Shown one piece after another: positions 47,953 through 61,618 of a stretch of 64,000 bases of DNA (position 1 is the stretch's first letter; each line of letters begins with the position of its first letter). The DNA comes from Spizellomyces punctatus DAOM BR117 (taxonomy: Eukaryota): NCBI GenBank assembly GCA_000182565.2, contig KQ257460.1, one strand, 5' to 3'. The notes beneath the pieces were generated by a model. That model did not search any database. It worked only from the letters and a program-made list of their open reading frames with translations, and was not told the origin of the DNA. Position numbers and translations under genes: made by a program.

Positions 47953-50900
47953 ATGGAAACCAAGACAAGCAGTCGTCCAGGTGCGTTCGAACTCTCGAGA
48001 TTTACCAGTTGACGTTCAATCCAGCCTGATTGGCGAGCTTTGTTCACACGGCGTGCTTCACTTGCAGCTATGATTACTGATAGTCCAGCATACCATCCTG
48101 TCAGCGCCACCGCTGAGTCCTCTGTAACAAGAGACAGCGATCCGGCAATAGTGCGGAAGTGGAGACAGGTGCCTGACGGAGAACTCGCCGCCCTTCAAGC
48201 CGAAAACAATGACCTGCGAAAACGGCTGGCAGACTGTGAGGAGAATTTGTATGCGGCTGCCACTGTTGGACAAAATCTGCTAGAAGACTATGAACGGGTG
48301 AGTTTGATGTGGTATCTTATGGCACAGTGCAGGTCTATCGGGGCTAACGGCAGAGCCACGCCTGAACTACGTTGCGTACTGTGGAGAATTGCCCTATTTG
48401 ATCAAATAATGTGCTGATATGTGTGTTGTTCTATTCCCATCCTAGCTTCGCGAACGTCTGAAGGAAGCCGAGGCATTAAATCGGGATTCAGAGTCAACGC
48501 CACGCGCGAGCTCTTCTGAGCAACTGCGTATGCTGGAGAATGACTTTGATTCGCTCACGTCGTCAATGGAAAAGTTTGTTGGAAAATTGTCTCCGTCCAA
48601 CAGTCCAGATGCATCACCTGAACTGGGGAAGCGCGCCAGCATAAGGCAAAAGGTGCGTACCCTATTCTGACCTTTTTTGTGCGAATTGATTAGAAATTGA
48701 AATCTTGTGGTATAGGTAGCCCCTCGCACTCCACGTCGTTTGACGACTAACAAACCGATGAAGCCACAGTCACCGCGAAAGAATGCTATGAAGGGGCCAA
48801 CGTTTGTTGATCCTACATTAGCCTCCGACATTGACAATCAGTTACTCCATCATGTCCGGAGTTTGCAGCAGGAGTTGGGCCTCTCAAACGAGGAACGGAG
48901 AGAATTGCAGGACAAGGTCGTATGTCTTGAGTCTGAGCTGGAGGGTCTTCGGAAGCAGTATGATAAGACATGTTCTACTGGATGTGAGTCTTTCTGGGGT
49001 TTACGTCTTCCTATGAGCACTTGCGAATTTATGTACCCCTCTTTAGCAAAGCTAGATGACAAAGTCTGGGATCTTGAGCTTCATAATCAGCAGCTTAAAG
49101 ATCACATCGCGAAGGCGGAGGCAGATTATTTGCGGCTGAAATACAGCATGGAACATACGGAATCCGCCTATCGGGAATGCCTTGACCTAATTGAAGTTCT
49201 CAAGAGCAATGAGCAAAAAAATGTTGAAGCATTTGAACAATCTAAAGCTCGATTGGAGGGAGAATTAATGCGTGCTCGACGCACTATCTCGCTCCTAGAA
49301 AGAGAGAAATCAGATTTATCACAGACATGCGAGAAGCTTGCGCGAGAAGCAGAGGAGACTACCTTCCCACGCCCTGAGATGTCACCCCGGTCTTCGCGAT
49401 TCTTTCCGACAGTGGAACTTGATGACACGCCGTCCTCTCCCGTTCCATCATCTATGCCATCCAGCCCCGAGCGCTCTCCGTCGAAGCACACCCTCTTTGT
49501 GGAATCCTTATCTGCGTCTCTGTCGCTTGCCCATGATCAGATCCGTGAGTTGGAAGACTCTGCCGAAAGATCGAAGGCTGAGCGGCTAGAGTTGATGAAG
49601 CTCCTTGCGCAGGCGCAGGAGACTATTGAAGCATTTCAAGGTAAAGGTACATCCACTCCCGAAGGAGGAATGGCGGAGCACGTAAGAGAACAGTTGAGAA
49701 CCGTCATAAAAATTGTCGAACGAGAGTCCCGGCAAGAATTGAGGCCGCTTCCCTTGGAAGTGGACAGACCAGAAACAGGCTCAGTCACCGCCGATGACGT
49801 GACTCCACAACTACGACCCGTTGCGCGGAATTTACTGGATGACTTCAGAGCGGTGGCATTGCAAAGCGCTGGCATTCGCAATACGGATGTACCGGATGGA
49901 GACATTTTGCCCTCAGCCCACTGCGAAATGGACCCTACTGATTTGCATGCACCACAATCTCCGTCTTCAATCGACATCGTGCTGATGCCGGCAGGCGGGG
50001 AAAGGCGGACCGATGAGAAACGAAATGGGTTCATATTGCGGCATGGGAAGATGATACCAGTAGTCGAAGGGGTCGTTCAAGATGATGACATCGAAGAGTC
50101 GGCAACGAAGATGACTTCCGAAAAGCTACTTGAAGTTGCACCACCTGCAGTCCCAAAAGGGCTTCTGAACCATCGCGATCAGGCCCATATTAGTGCAGCC
50201 CAAGCTGTTGAGCCGGACACATTTTGTGCCGATAAGGAACTGCGGTTGGGAACAACGAATTTCAACCCGTCCGTCAGTGACGATGCAATCACGATGTGCA
50301 ATGAGATTGAGCCTGAGAATCCGTTTGTCAGTAGCCCAAATGGATCGCTAGAACCTCATCCTGTAAATGGCCGACGTATACCGGCAAATACGATCGGGAA
50401 ATCAACATCCACATCGTCGCTTGTCAACCAGTGTGTCGAACATGCGACAACGACGAAGGTCAATGGGAAAACAGATGATCACAGTCACTCTGAAACGGTG
50501 CATGTGGTATCACGTGCCAATTCCTGTCCTTCCCTTCCAATGTGCAATGACAAGGAGGATACACAGGTCGTCGCAAAGGAGCCTTTACCCTCCAAATTAG
50601 AGCGTACAACCTCTGTTCCTTCCTTCCCGAAGTATGACAGCTTGACAAAGACTTCGTCTCCAATAGCCATCAGCAAGACAAAGCCACTGAAAACTTGGGC
50701 GCCACTTCCGTACACGGGCCGCTTCTCACCAGCACCATGGCCTATGCCACCACCACATCCACAGAAAATGGTGCAAGCAACCCCGGTCCCCGCTCCGCCG
50801 TTGAGACCTACAACGATACCCCCATCTCCGACCCCTGAGGAGCGATCATCGGAGGAGCGCACTGAGGAGAACCCACTAAACGCGTCAACAATAAGCATTC

Positions 50901-52723
50901 CAATGCCAGACCTACCAGCTCCGCCGGTATCGCAGAGCAACGAATCAGGACGAGCGAGCAATGAAACCCATAGAGAGGAGGAAGGCAGCCATTCGGATGA
51001 TTCTGAGCGTAACGCCTCAGTTACTTCCAGTACGGCAGGGCATCGATCAAGCTTGCGTAATAGCAAGGGAGCGGGAATTTCGACCACGCGAAGACGCAGC
51101 TCGGCTATGAGACGCCGCAAGAGCATGAAGACTAATGAGAGCAATATATTCAATACCTTATTAAAAAATGCAAAGAGTGCCTCGAGCCTGACAAGTGTGG
51201 GACAGAGCACGGAGGAACGGGAGACAACTGCAAGCAAAGATGACAAAAAGAAGAACGACATTGAATGCTTAACATACACAATGATTGGAAGTTGGGTGAG
51301 TATTATTTTGATGCACTCTGTCTAAATTTGCGCGAGCTGTCCCTAATCTAAACCAATCCACCAACAGTTCCAGAAATTTAACAGACATAATCGAAATCCT
51401 CAATTGCGATACTTCTGGGTCAATCCTTACTCTCGAGCGCTCAATTGGGCCCCGAAACCACCGAGTCAGGGCAAGAAAAATATGCAAACGAAGACTGGTA
51501 AGGACTGAAGCAGCTTAGCACATTACATAACGTTATACCTTATTATTCTTCAATTGGTCTATACAGCTTTCATAGTCTCTCTGAAATGGGATGACCCTGA
51601 TCGGCAATATAAGAACTATCCTCCAGGGCCGGAACACGCGCTTGTCATCCAAACTCCCCACAGAACTGTCAGAATTGTACCAACCAATTGGTATGATCAC
51701 GGGCAGTGGGTGGGTGGTCTGACTTTGCTCCTGCAAAGGACCCATCGTCCGAGACCATTGCATGAGCAGTTTGGATTCATGGACAAAGACGGCAACTTTG
51801 GACCAGATATTGTCCACGGTGATGACAGTATCCACGGTAGCAGTCTAGGAAGCAGGCAAAGCATAATGGTACCGAAGCCCAAGGAAGATGATGCAGACGA
51901 AGATGGTGAGAGGGTGAAAGATGAAAGGATGACATTTGAAGAGCTTGAGAGTGGTCCCGAGCCCACCCAGAAAACAGAGGTACAATCTGATTCCGAGACA
52001 CCAGATAGAAAACGCGGTAGAATCGGGCGACGAAATTCTCTGTGGAGTTCAATGCAATCATTTGCTCGATCAAAGCCAAATATGCAGCGGGAAGACCATC
52101 CAACCACCGAGATACCGCGGCCAACCACCATCCGTAGAGAAACATCTGGATATGATTTGGGTCAGGAAAAACCTGGAACAGAGGTGCCTAAGCGAATGCC
52201 AAGCTTTGGGGATTTGCTGTCAGGGCGGAGAAGCGTTTCCGGCCACACCGACACGCGCGGTTGTCAAAGCAGGCGCGGTTCTATGGTGATTGGCGCTACG
52301 ACAGACGACGAACGGGACCTACAAGACGTTGGCGCTGAAAAGGAAGCGGTACCCGACAGTCTGTATCAGTTCCGAAGCTTTTTTGACAATCTCGCAGCAA
52401 GCACTCCTTTGAAAAAAATCAGGAGCATTGGGGCAATGAGGTGGAGCACGACAAGTCGACGCAAAAGTGTCAATCGCAGTATGCTAAGTCTGGATGGCGC
52501 TGGCATGCCTAGTAGTGGTACTCAAACCCCTGTGCCTTCAGGAGCAAGGTCTCCTGTCTCGTTGGACATTCCATTCGAGGAGGAAGGGGTGTCACAAAAC
52601 AGCAGACCTGAAATGGGCGTAAGGACACGGAGTCAGAGTTTTAGCTCTGGAGACCAGTTGGGCACAAGCAATGGAATGAGCCTCCTGAATCTGAACGATA
52701 TGAGCAGGATTCCGAGGTTTTGA
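47953..52723 (+). CDS. Num1/ApsA/Mcp5-like cortical dynein anchor (coiled coil + PH)
   Basis: N-terminal coiled coils (LYAAATVGQNLLE; LASDIDNQLLHHVRSLQ); Num1-type PH domain LTYTMIGSW.FQKF...RYFWVNPYSRALNW. Confidence 0.75.
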
Positions 52724-52986
52724 TACAGCAAAATGTATGTAACACGAAGTGGCATATCAATCCATTTTGCTTGTATATAAAGTATCCCTATAGCGCACCA
52801 AGAATAATATCGTAATATATATCACTAGTATGCAGCGAAAGGAATGAATACAAACAATGCGGGCCTACTCAAGCAGTTGCAAACATCCTATTACCAAGGT
52901 TTCTGTCGTGCTAGAATGAAACATGTTGCCCAGATAAATTGACATATTAACAAATGATCTATCTACGATACATGCCGTCATCAGGC

Positions 52987-54652
52987 TCACCCTGAATACA
53001 ATTTTCCGTCATGCTTTGCGTGCACCAAACTCATAGCCCTTTTCCTAGTGCTGTCCCGACGTGGGTGCTGCATTTGTGGAGTTCCCTCACCCAAGCACGC
53101 CCCCAAGCTTCCTTTTCTTTGTCTTACAGACTCTGGCGAACCGTATTGCCCACTCTCATGTGATACCTTCAATGGGGGCAATCCGGAAGGTGGCGGTCGT
53201 GGGACGTTTGACATGATCTGAGGGCAATTAGGTCCCGCGACTCTAGCTTTATACATATTGTCGACATGCTCTGCATCAATGTATTTTTCCGCAGCATGGA
53301 GGCGGGTAGGGCTGTCAGGGTCATGCTGGTCGATAAGCTCCAAGAGCGCCGTCGTGATCGAAGGCCGTCGGGCTCTCACAATTTTTGGTGTTGATGGACG
53401 AACTTGTTCCATGAAGCGGCTTATGACGGATGTAATCGTATTAGGATTAAATGGCTATTGTTTACAGAGATTTGCGGTTAAGATCCCGACCATCAAACTT
53501 ATCATCCCGAGGTAGCGTACCTTGGTAAGAACTTCATCCATGCCACCTTGCATGTATTTGAGTCGTTGCTCGTAGAGGGTATTGGCAGTAATGCAAATAA
53601 TAGGAATAGACCTGTTTGACGTGCGAATGCGGGAACTGAGATCACGAATTTGTTCCTCAAGGGTAGGACCAGGTGCATCATCAAGCTCTCCTTCATCCCC
53701 ACTTATATCCAGATCCACGTCTTCGTCAACGCCAGATGCTATTGCGCGGCGAATGGCTTCTGCCGCCTTTGATCCGGCCTTAGTCTTTGCTTGCTGGTTA
53801 GTTCGTGTGGCAAGCAACGAATCCTCGTCTTTTGCAATTGGAGGGATATTCTTTCTTATGGGCTTCAGGGGCGCGGCATCCATTGGAGTCGAGACAAGAG
53901 TTCTAGGGTTTCTCTGTTTAACCTGTTGTGATAAGCTTGTCAAGGTATCTTCATCGCGACTGCCGCTTCTCGTGCGCGGCATCAGAGAACTTGGATGGGG
54001 TGCGGATGGACGTCGTGTGCTGTTGGGGAGGCGCGGAGACCCATCGATAATGGGATTGGTTGGAGGCACATCTGCAGACATTGATTCTAATTTCGCCTCG
54101 TCCTTGAACGTGGTCTTGCCCTTGCCTGTACCTTGAACGGGGGAAAGATTCTGTGTACGGCTGGAAAGTGATCCACCACCTCGTATGCGTAAGACGGTTT
54201 CATATCCATCAAGGATGGGTAGATCGATATCCTACGCAACGTGAAGTGTGTTGACAAAGTCCCGATATACCACAATCCAGTGTAATTTTGTGCTGCTCAC
54301 CAGCAATATCAGATCAAATCGACGTTTTCCTAACGCATCTAACACTGATAAGCCATCTGAAAACAAGTCCTCCTTCGGGACCGTAACGCCGAGATTCTTC
54401 TCTAGGATTTTCTAAAGACAGAGAGCCCACAACTGTCAGCATGGTCGTGTTTCCGGAAACTCATCGTCCGCACTTACCACCAAGATTCTTTGAACGATTG
54501 CTTCAATGATAAACATGGGGCCAGAGCAAAATGCAGTGTTAGCTTGCAGCGTTACAAGAGGCCCCGGAAGAGAACGTACGATTATCATCAACTATTCCAA
54601 TTCGGAAGGACTGTGGGCCGCTGCCTATTGGCTCAAATATTGGCATCGCCAT
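52987..54652 (-). CDS. Stand-alone response-regulator receiver-domain protein with large internal insertion
   Basis: Spliced exons give RIGIVDDNPIVQRIL, FDLILLDIDLPILDGYE, then after ~185 aa IPIICITAN...GGMDEVLTKPF. Confidence 0.82.
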
Positions 54653-55520
54653 CCTTACAGCGCTTGAATGACTTTGCTCGCTACAAAGAGATACGGGAAG
54701 AAGGTGCGTTTGAGCGAATATATAGAAAAACAGCGACTTGACAAGGCCTAGTTTGATATTTGCTAACTCAGGCTTTGCTGCGTTTTAATGGCAAATCTGG
54801 CGCGCAGCATCCCCAAAAATAAGTTTGCAGGGGATAATGAAATCTAAATCTTTGAAATCCATTGTCATCGAACGCCTCCCGCGTGAACAGCGACAAGATC
54901 CCAGTCTGCCGGAGGTGCTGCGCGAGGGCCTTTCGATCGGCTTGGAGCAAGCCTCGTTCGGCGCGGCAAGGACTCATCCTTTCATAACCATATGACTGCC
55001 AGAACTCTGAATAGTTGAGATCCTTGATGTTGTTGACGGTGACCGATACTCGGCAATAAATCGCTGGAAAACATTGGAAATGATCCTACACTCCCATGTC
55101 ATGCTACACCGCCTTTGTTCAAGCTAAACATTGCACAAACTTCCACATGCATGTTTACCATTAGTTTCGACATTGTGGCGGGAGAAGCCCAAGCAGGCGT
55201 TCGTAAGATGGACTACATGAAGATTGAACTTTTCAAGTTTATACAAATTGGATTTCTGTGATCAGCAGGGGGTTTTAGGAAGATAGCTACTTATAGACAT
55301 TTTATTCAGCACACAGTCTTTCGTTAATACATGTGTGATAGCCCAAGTCACTTTTTCGGGTGTCAATTCAGATTTCCAGGATCCCTCCGTTCCATCTCAA
55401 GTAGGTGAATGAATAGTAACGCGTGCGGCCTTTGTCGCGCTCTTGTTCATTGAACACTCGAACCTCTGTACCCGACTGCTAGAAAGCCCATGTTCATATC
55501 CTTCGATTCGTACCTTTACC

Positions 55521-56798
55521 ATGACGGCCATGTTTCCCGGGCGGATCACTTTGGCTCTTACTTTGCACCGCGCGACCAATTTACCAAAGACAGATCGTAT
55601 CGGACACATCGACCCATACGTCAAAGTCAGTTTCCAGTCTACGCAATGTAAATCCCAGAAGTCTAGCGCACTCTCCGATACCCCTGATCCGGTCTGGAAC
55701 GAGAAACTTATATTCAACCTGGAGGAAGCGGTGGTGACCGGTGGGCACACGGTGATGCTCGAGATCTACGACGAGGACACCTTCAGAGATGAACGCGTGG
55801 GGTTTGTAGAAGTGACGGTGACAAGAGAACTCTTTGGGGTGGTCGCTGGGAAGGCTATCAGGCATCAGTTTCCAATCACCTATGTGAAAAGCAAGCACAA
55901 CACTCTTGCGCAATCGTACTTGGAGGTTAGCTTCTCATGCGTGTATTCCTACGATACGGTCGCTCGTTGGGTTCAAAATAACATTCCGGCTTCGGTATGC
56001 AATTTCATGGACAAAAGGCTATACGTACCCTTCCCGCCTGAGTGGCATGGTTTGCTATTGGGACTGGAATTTGAAAATGGAGGCGATAAGATTGATTTCA
56101 AAGTGTTTACAACTATACCCGATGAGGGCACGTATGTGGATCTCGCTCTCACATCCGAGCCAAAATCACGTATCCGTCGACGGGGAACCGTTACTGGTGA
56201 ACCAACTCCTATCAAAGGGACGCATCTTAGATATTATGAAGAAGTAAAATTAGATGATGTTCCCATCGAAATGGATTGGAATATGGTTGCCGTATGGAAA
56301 TTCAAAAAGTCTTCAGTCGAAAGCATAGATTTGGCGAAAATTGTACAAGCCCACGGATGGAAGGGCACTCTGAGCTACCAAGCAGCTTCCCAGATTCTTC
56401 AGGGAGTCGAACTTGACCCCCAAGATGAAACTATTTACTTCCCGTTACCTTCCCAATACACCTTCACCACGGAGGATTTAATCGAACCGTCTTCTTTTGT
56501 CCTCGTCGACTGGGACAAAAACAATTGTGATATGAAGATCCTTGTCCTTGATACGCCGTCCAATGCTGGCGTCGGCTACGATCTCAGTATTACCGGAGTC
56601 GAATACAATAAGAAAACCTCGGATGTGTATGTTCCCCCACGCCCAATCTTGGGGGGCCGGTACCGGGCAACTAGGCGAGTGGAATTGGATGATGTTCCTT
56701 ACGGAGTTCCTTTGACCAATATAAAATGGGAGAAGCTGAGACTGGAGGAAGGGAAAGAGCTACGAGTGGGTCAGTTCATTAAGCTGACCCCGTGGTAA
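55521..56798 (+). CDS. C2-domain protein with duplicated C-terminal module
   Basis: RATNLPKTDRIGHIDPYVKV...PVWNE...EIYDEDTFRDERVG (Ca-binding Asp residues present); intronless. Confidence 0.85.
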   Translation: MTAMFPGRITLALTLHRATNLPKTDRIGHIDPYVKVSFQSTQCKSQKSSALSDTPDPVWNEKLIFNLEEAVVTGGHTVMLEIYDEDTFRDERVGFVEVTVTRELFGVVAGKAIRHQFPITYVKSKHNTLAQSYLEVSFSCVYSYDTVARWVQNNIPASVCNFMDKRLYVPFPPEWHGLLLGLEFENGGDKIDFKVFTTIPDEGTYVDLALTSEPKSRIRRRGTVTGEPTPIKGTHLRYYEEVKLDDVPIEMDWNMVAVWKFKKSSVESIDLAKIVQAHGWKGTLSYQAASQILQGVELDPQDETIYFPLPSQYTFTTEDLIEPSSFVLVDWDKNNCDMKILVLDTPSNAGVGYDLSITGVEYNKKTSDVYVPPRPILGGRYRATRRVELDDVPYGVPLTNIKWEKLRLEEGKELRVGQFIKLTPW

Positions 56799-56927
56799 TA
56801 TACATTCACCTATTACGTTTTTCCATAGACTATTAGAGTCAATCACCAGGTCTGATGCAAAATCGTATATAGCAATGCATATTCCTCATATTATTTACTA
56901 GGAAACGTTTCGCACTAAAACTTTTCA

Positions 56928-56999
56928 TTCCGCATCGGGGAATCGAACCCCGGCCGCCGCGGTGAGAGCGCGGAATCCTAACCACTGGACCAATGCGGA
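56928..56999 (-). tRNA. tRNA-Glu(CTC)
   Basis: Reverse complement TCCGCATTGGTCCAGTGGTTAGGATTCCGCGCTCTCACCGCGG...GTTCGATTCCCCGATGCGGAA. Confidence 0.95.
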
Positions 57000-57183
57000 T
57001 AATGAAACGGCAAAGAACCATTATAAACATTATCATTAATAAATGACAAAGCTGTGCTGACTCACGCGTCAAGTGCTTTGCCCAAGTGGCTGTGTACATT
57101 GACTCGCAACTTGCCAGAATTGCTTGCTGTGAACGTTTGCCCATGAGTAGTTCTTCTGGTGTCCGATATCACGGTTCTCGTTT

Positions 57184-60100
57184 ATGACAAGCGCTCTTAC
57201 ACGCACCTCTGGCCGGGTTACGCGGCGGCGGGATCCCACCACAGCGCACTTGACGTCCTCGACGTCCTCAAACCACAGACCTGGAGTTCGGGACATATAT
57301 GTAGCGGCACTCCGATGTTGCCTTGTTCCTGCCCTCGATTCCGGCATAGATAAGCAGCAGCCTTCTAGAACGTCTGGAGATAACCAGCGAGGTGCCTTCC
57401 CGCCATCCTATGGTGGGGGGGAGAGGTCTTTTGCTGACGAGGCTCGGAGGGCGGCTGAGAAGCTTGGGTTACATGTGAACGTAGGAGAATATGGAGAGGC
57501 CAGCGTGAATGAAGGAGGCACGGTCCGCCTAGCTGCAGGCACGTTGAAGTCATTCAGAAAATTGCTCGCTGCTCGAGTTGAGATTTTCAGAGGTGCCATG
57601 AAAGACCCGCGAACAGGAACCTTTGCGAGAGCGGGTGGCAGGTAGGATAATGTACATTGTGGGGCAAGAGTTACGTCACTGAAGATGACAAAGGCGAAGT
57701 GTGGCTACAGCTTCTCAGATGCTAACCTAACTCTGCCTCGTATAATGACAGATTCTTACGAGAAAGATTAGTGGAAAATTTCAATCCCGCGCTTTTGTCC
57801 GATGTCAAGGATCTGATATTATGCATTGGGGCTTACATTGACAAAGAACTGCCTAAGGAGCTCTCGCCAGAGGATCACGACAAGTACCTCTTTCTTACCG
57901 CCGAACTCTTTATGGCAGTTATTCGCGAGGCGATCCAGAAAGCGGAACCCCGAAGCACTGTGCTTTCCAACCCTGTGCTTAAAGAACAAGATCAACTCAA
58001 AGTGGTGCTGAGATCCTTTCTAAGGATCGTTCCGATAACAGGCGACAGTATTATGTCAAGCCTGTCCGAATGGGTGAGGGTGGTTTTTGAACTCAAAAAG
58101 GACGAGCATTATCAATGCGTGGCAGAGGTTCGCAAAACATGCACCGAGAAGTCGACCTTTGCAGAGCTGAAAGCCTATCTGGATGCGATCGTGAAAGATG
58201 ATTGTCCAGGGGCTCGAGTGTCAGATTTTCAATCGCGACAGGCGTATGAAGCATGGAAGCAGCGGGAAACACAGCTCTTGCAGGTCCTTATGCAGACCTT
58301 CTACCAGAGGTTCCCTAATACCATCAAAAACAGAGTAAGTGGTTGCTACGTCGAACGCCGATTGTCGAGTGGGGAGTAGTCTGAGTGGCTGTTCTGCTTT
58401 TTCACATGGGAGTGGGACAGGATCGCGAACCTTACGTTCTTGATGCGGTCATACTTATAAATGTCCTGGTTCTTGGTTTCAGGCATCTAGTACATTAGAC
58501 GCTACTGCATTCCTGCCTGCAGACCCACGCTTATACTACCGGACGCTTCTTGAAATCTGCGTTAAACACGATCTGCAAAGTCCAGCCAGGCAAGACAACG
58601 CAATATCCTTATCCAAGCTATCTATTGCCGTTCTCTCCGAGTGCTCTCTTCGATGGCGGCTCTCGAAAGAATTTAAAGATATTGCAATTTTGGATGTACT
58701 GGTCACGTACTATCGGTTGGGATTGTTGATTGAGGATGATCTGTTTCCGCGGTTCAATCAGATCTCAAAGATGTCTACTGGTGTCAATATGTGGCGAGTA
58801 GCGGATGTATGTGCATTAATCCTTGTTGTAAAAGGCCGGATGTACAGCCGTCTCACTGCTCACGATGTCTCTTTGACAGCGCCACTACTACATCTCCGTT
58901 TTGGAGTCTTTAAATGCAGCGTTACATGATAAGCTACGTCAGTTCGCGAGCATGCTTGGATGGAAAGAAAAGACCCCGGATGGATGCAATAGTACGATGC
59001 AACTGATAGGCCTGATTTTAGCGACGTTGAGAGATGATAAAGCATGGCAAAGCGAACATCCAGAATGGACAGAGCCAGGAAAGCTAGAAGAGTTGGTCCG
59101 CGAAGAACTATTGGTACCGTAGTATCAATCGAATTCAGTCGTCTCCACGAATTAAACTGACGTATAAATTCTTTAATTATCAGGAAGCGATAAACGCACG
59201 CTACAGAGCCTGTAGCGCCCTAGTGTCGGGGCTTTCCCGCGAGATCATCCGCTTGACGACATCTGTAAAAGCTGTCAATAGCGACATCACAAACTATCGT
59301 CTGTATTTCCGCGAACCCATTTTCGGCATGTCCGTCATGTTGATTGCGGCAGAGACTTGCTTGAAGTACTTCATCTTGGAAATGGAAAACATGAGGTTTT
59401 CTCTTCAAGGTGACTTTCAGATTGCCGAGATGCTGGAACTATATCAGGTGGTAAAGCTGCTAAGGGACATGTGTGAGGAGTCAGAATTGCCGTAAGTGCA
59501 TGGAATGTGATACATCGCAGGTATTAGAATGACGTCTCACGCCCATCGCGTCTTGTGCATGACATAGCATTGTCAAGAATTTTGACGTTGAATCCTGGTT
59601 CGCGCCCTTTATTAGTCAATGGCTGACGCTGACAGATCAGAAATGGTTGGAATGGGTGAAGTCTGCCGTGGACGTTGAGAAGGTAGCTCTTTAACCAGGC
59701 AGGAGATAATTGACCAGGTCTGATACTAAGGCTTTTTCTGACAACTCAGTATGAGCCGTATATGCCACCAGTCTCCATGCACTCAACGTCAGTGATGGAC
59801 ATATTTACTTGTTTCTACGGCGGATTGGAGTTTATTGAAAAGCTAGCCTGGCGAGAATCAGTCAAAAAGGATCGGTTGGTGAAAGACTTTATCAAGGTAA
59901 GGACCGACATTGCACAATGCAAAGGTCTACATGCTTAATGTCCGGGATCGTGACTTAGATGATGAGTAAGTCATTGCAAGAGTATGCTCAGATGATGTGG
60001 GACGAGTTTGAGCAGATTGATAATGACAACGCGGACAAGCCTCTGGTCTTTTCATCCCAGGTGAGCCTGGTCATTGTTCCCTTCTCGGGTCATTTGCGTC

Positions 60101-61618
60101 CATCTTACCCTGTACATAATAGTCCTGCATCAAAATCAACAACCTCGTCGCGGCCCACATGAAACTCAACGACATCCTTTCCAAGCTCGTCGCGTCTAAC
60201 GGCGGTCGGCGTAAAATAGATATGTCCGCGCCACGAACGGAGCCAGAGAAGGAAAAGTCGACGATTTCGATCAAAGTCATTCGAGCGGCTAACTTACAGG
60301 CGTGTGACTGGACCACCTCAGATCCGTACGTAGTCCTTTCTCATGCAGGCAGCGAGCTCCACAGAACACGAGTTATCGATAAGAACTTGAACCCTGCATG
60401 GAATCAAACCTTCCAACTTTACGTCCCACAGTCCCTGAGGGATAATGAGAGTTTCCTTGATCTTCTCGTGTATGACAAGGACATAATAGGGAAGGATGAT
60501 TTGTGTGGGGAGGCGAGCATCTTCCTTCGTGACAGCAAATTTGAGGATTTCCTGAGTCATGATGTGGAATTAAATTTGAAGCCGCAGGGCAAGCTTTTTA
60601 TCAGGGTGATGAGGAAGGGAGAGATTGACGATGTGGAATTTTGGGTACGGAAAGCAGAGGAAAGTGTCAGGTTCTGCTTGGAGGATATGGTACGGGTTTA
60701 CGCGGAACAGGTCAGTCTTGAGTAATCATTGCTGTATTTTTGCATCGTAACGTGAATTTAATTCTCTTGATATTCTCATAGATAACGCGAGTCGCACGAT
60801 CTACTTTCAGTCACGTCCTTTCGTCTGGCACTACGAAGTCCTTATGGGGCATTCCGTTATCACTTGGCTCGAACAGCGCATCCGTGACTCCGACATTGGA
60901 AAGTGTTCAAGCAGCGATTAGGCCATTTTTAGAGTATCTCGACCAAAACCTTGGCCTTTTCAATGAAACACTAGACCGGCACCTAAATGAATATCTAATC
61001 GAATTCGCACCAGCGCTAGCACCGCCAAAGAAGATAGTACATGAACAGATCATGAAGAGAACGCAGACTAGAGCCGGGAAGAGAGGGCAAGAGGTGAAGA
61101 CAATGAGTAGGAAGGAAGCAAGTAAACCATCCTCAACTGAGAAGGGTGGAGGGGGACCTGTAGGATCAGAAGCTGTGGAAGAGGAGCTCAATCGTCCCAG
61201 TGCAGTCATTAAACTCTTATGGTATGAACTGTTACATCTGATAGAGGACACGCTATCCACCTTTGGTGCCGATGACAAGAACAAAGAGGAGCGAAGAAAT
61301 GCCGCAGTGGCGCTAAGGAACCGATCAAGCTCCTTACCGGACGGACCGGTTTCTGCGGTTGTCCCACCAGGAGTCATTAAGGGCAACAAAGTTGCAAACA
61401 ATCTCGCTGTCGGCAAACTATCACCCACGGAGAAACGTGCCGTCATGTGGTACGATCTGATTGTGGAAATTCTGAAAGCTGTCTTTACCTGCGAGGTAGA
61501 TGGGGTGGTGTGCGGGTATGAAGTTAGTGAGCTAGAGGAGGGGCGTTATCAGCAAGTCAGAAAACTCTTAGATGGCATGGTTGCAGAATTGCGAAGATTG
61601 GAGATTGAGGCAAAGTAA
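57184..61618 (+). CDS. Munc13-homology/C2 protein (Ync13/YOR296W-like)
   Basis: Long helical region (FQSRQAYEAWKQRE; LPADPRLYY; VESWFAPFISQWL; CIKINNL), C2 domain (RAANLQACDWTTSDPYV...NPAWNQ...VYDKD), then MHD2-like AIRPFLEYLDQNL. Confidence 0.78.

Noticed and set aside
50485..51279. 264-aa minus-strand ORF
   Set aside because: Antisense to the low-complexity exon of the Num1-like gene; no motifs
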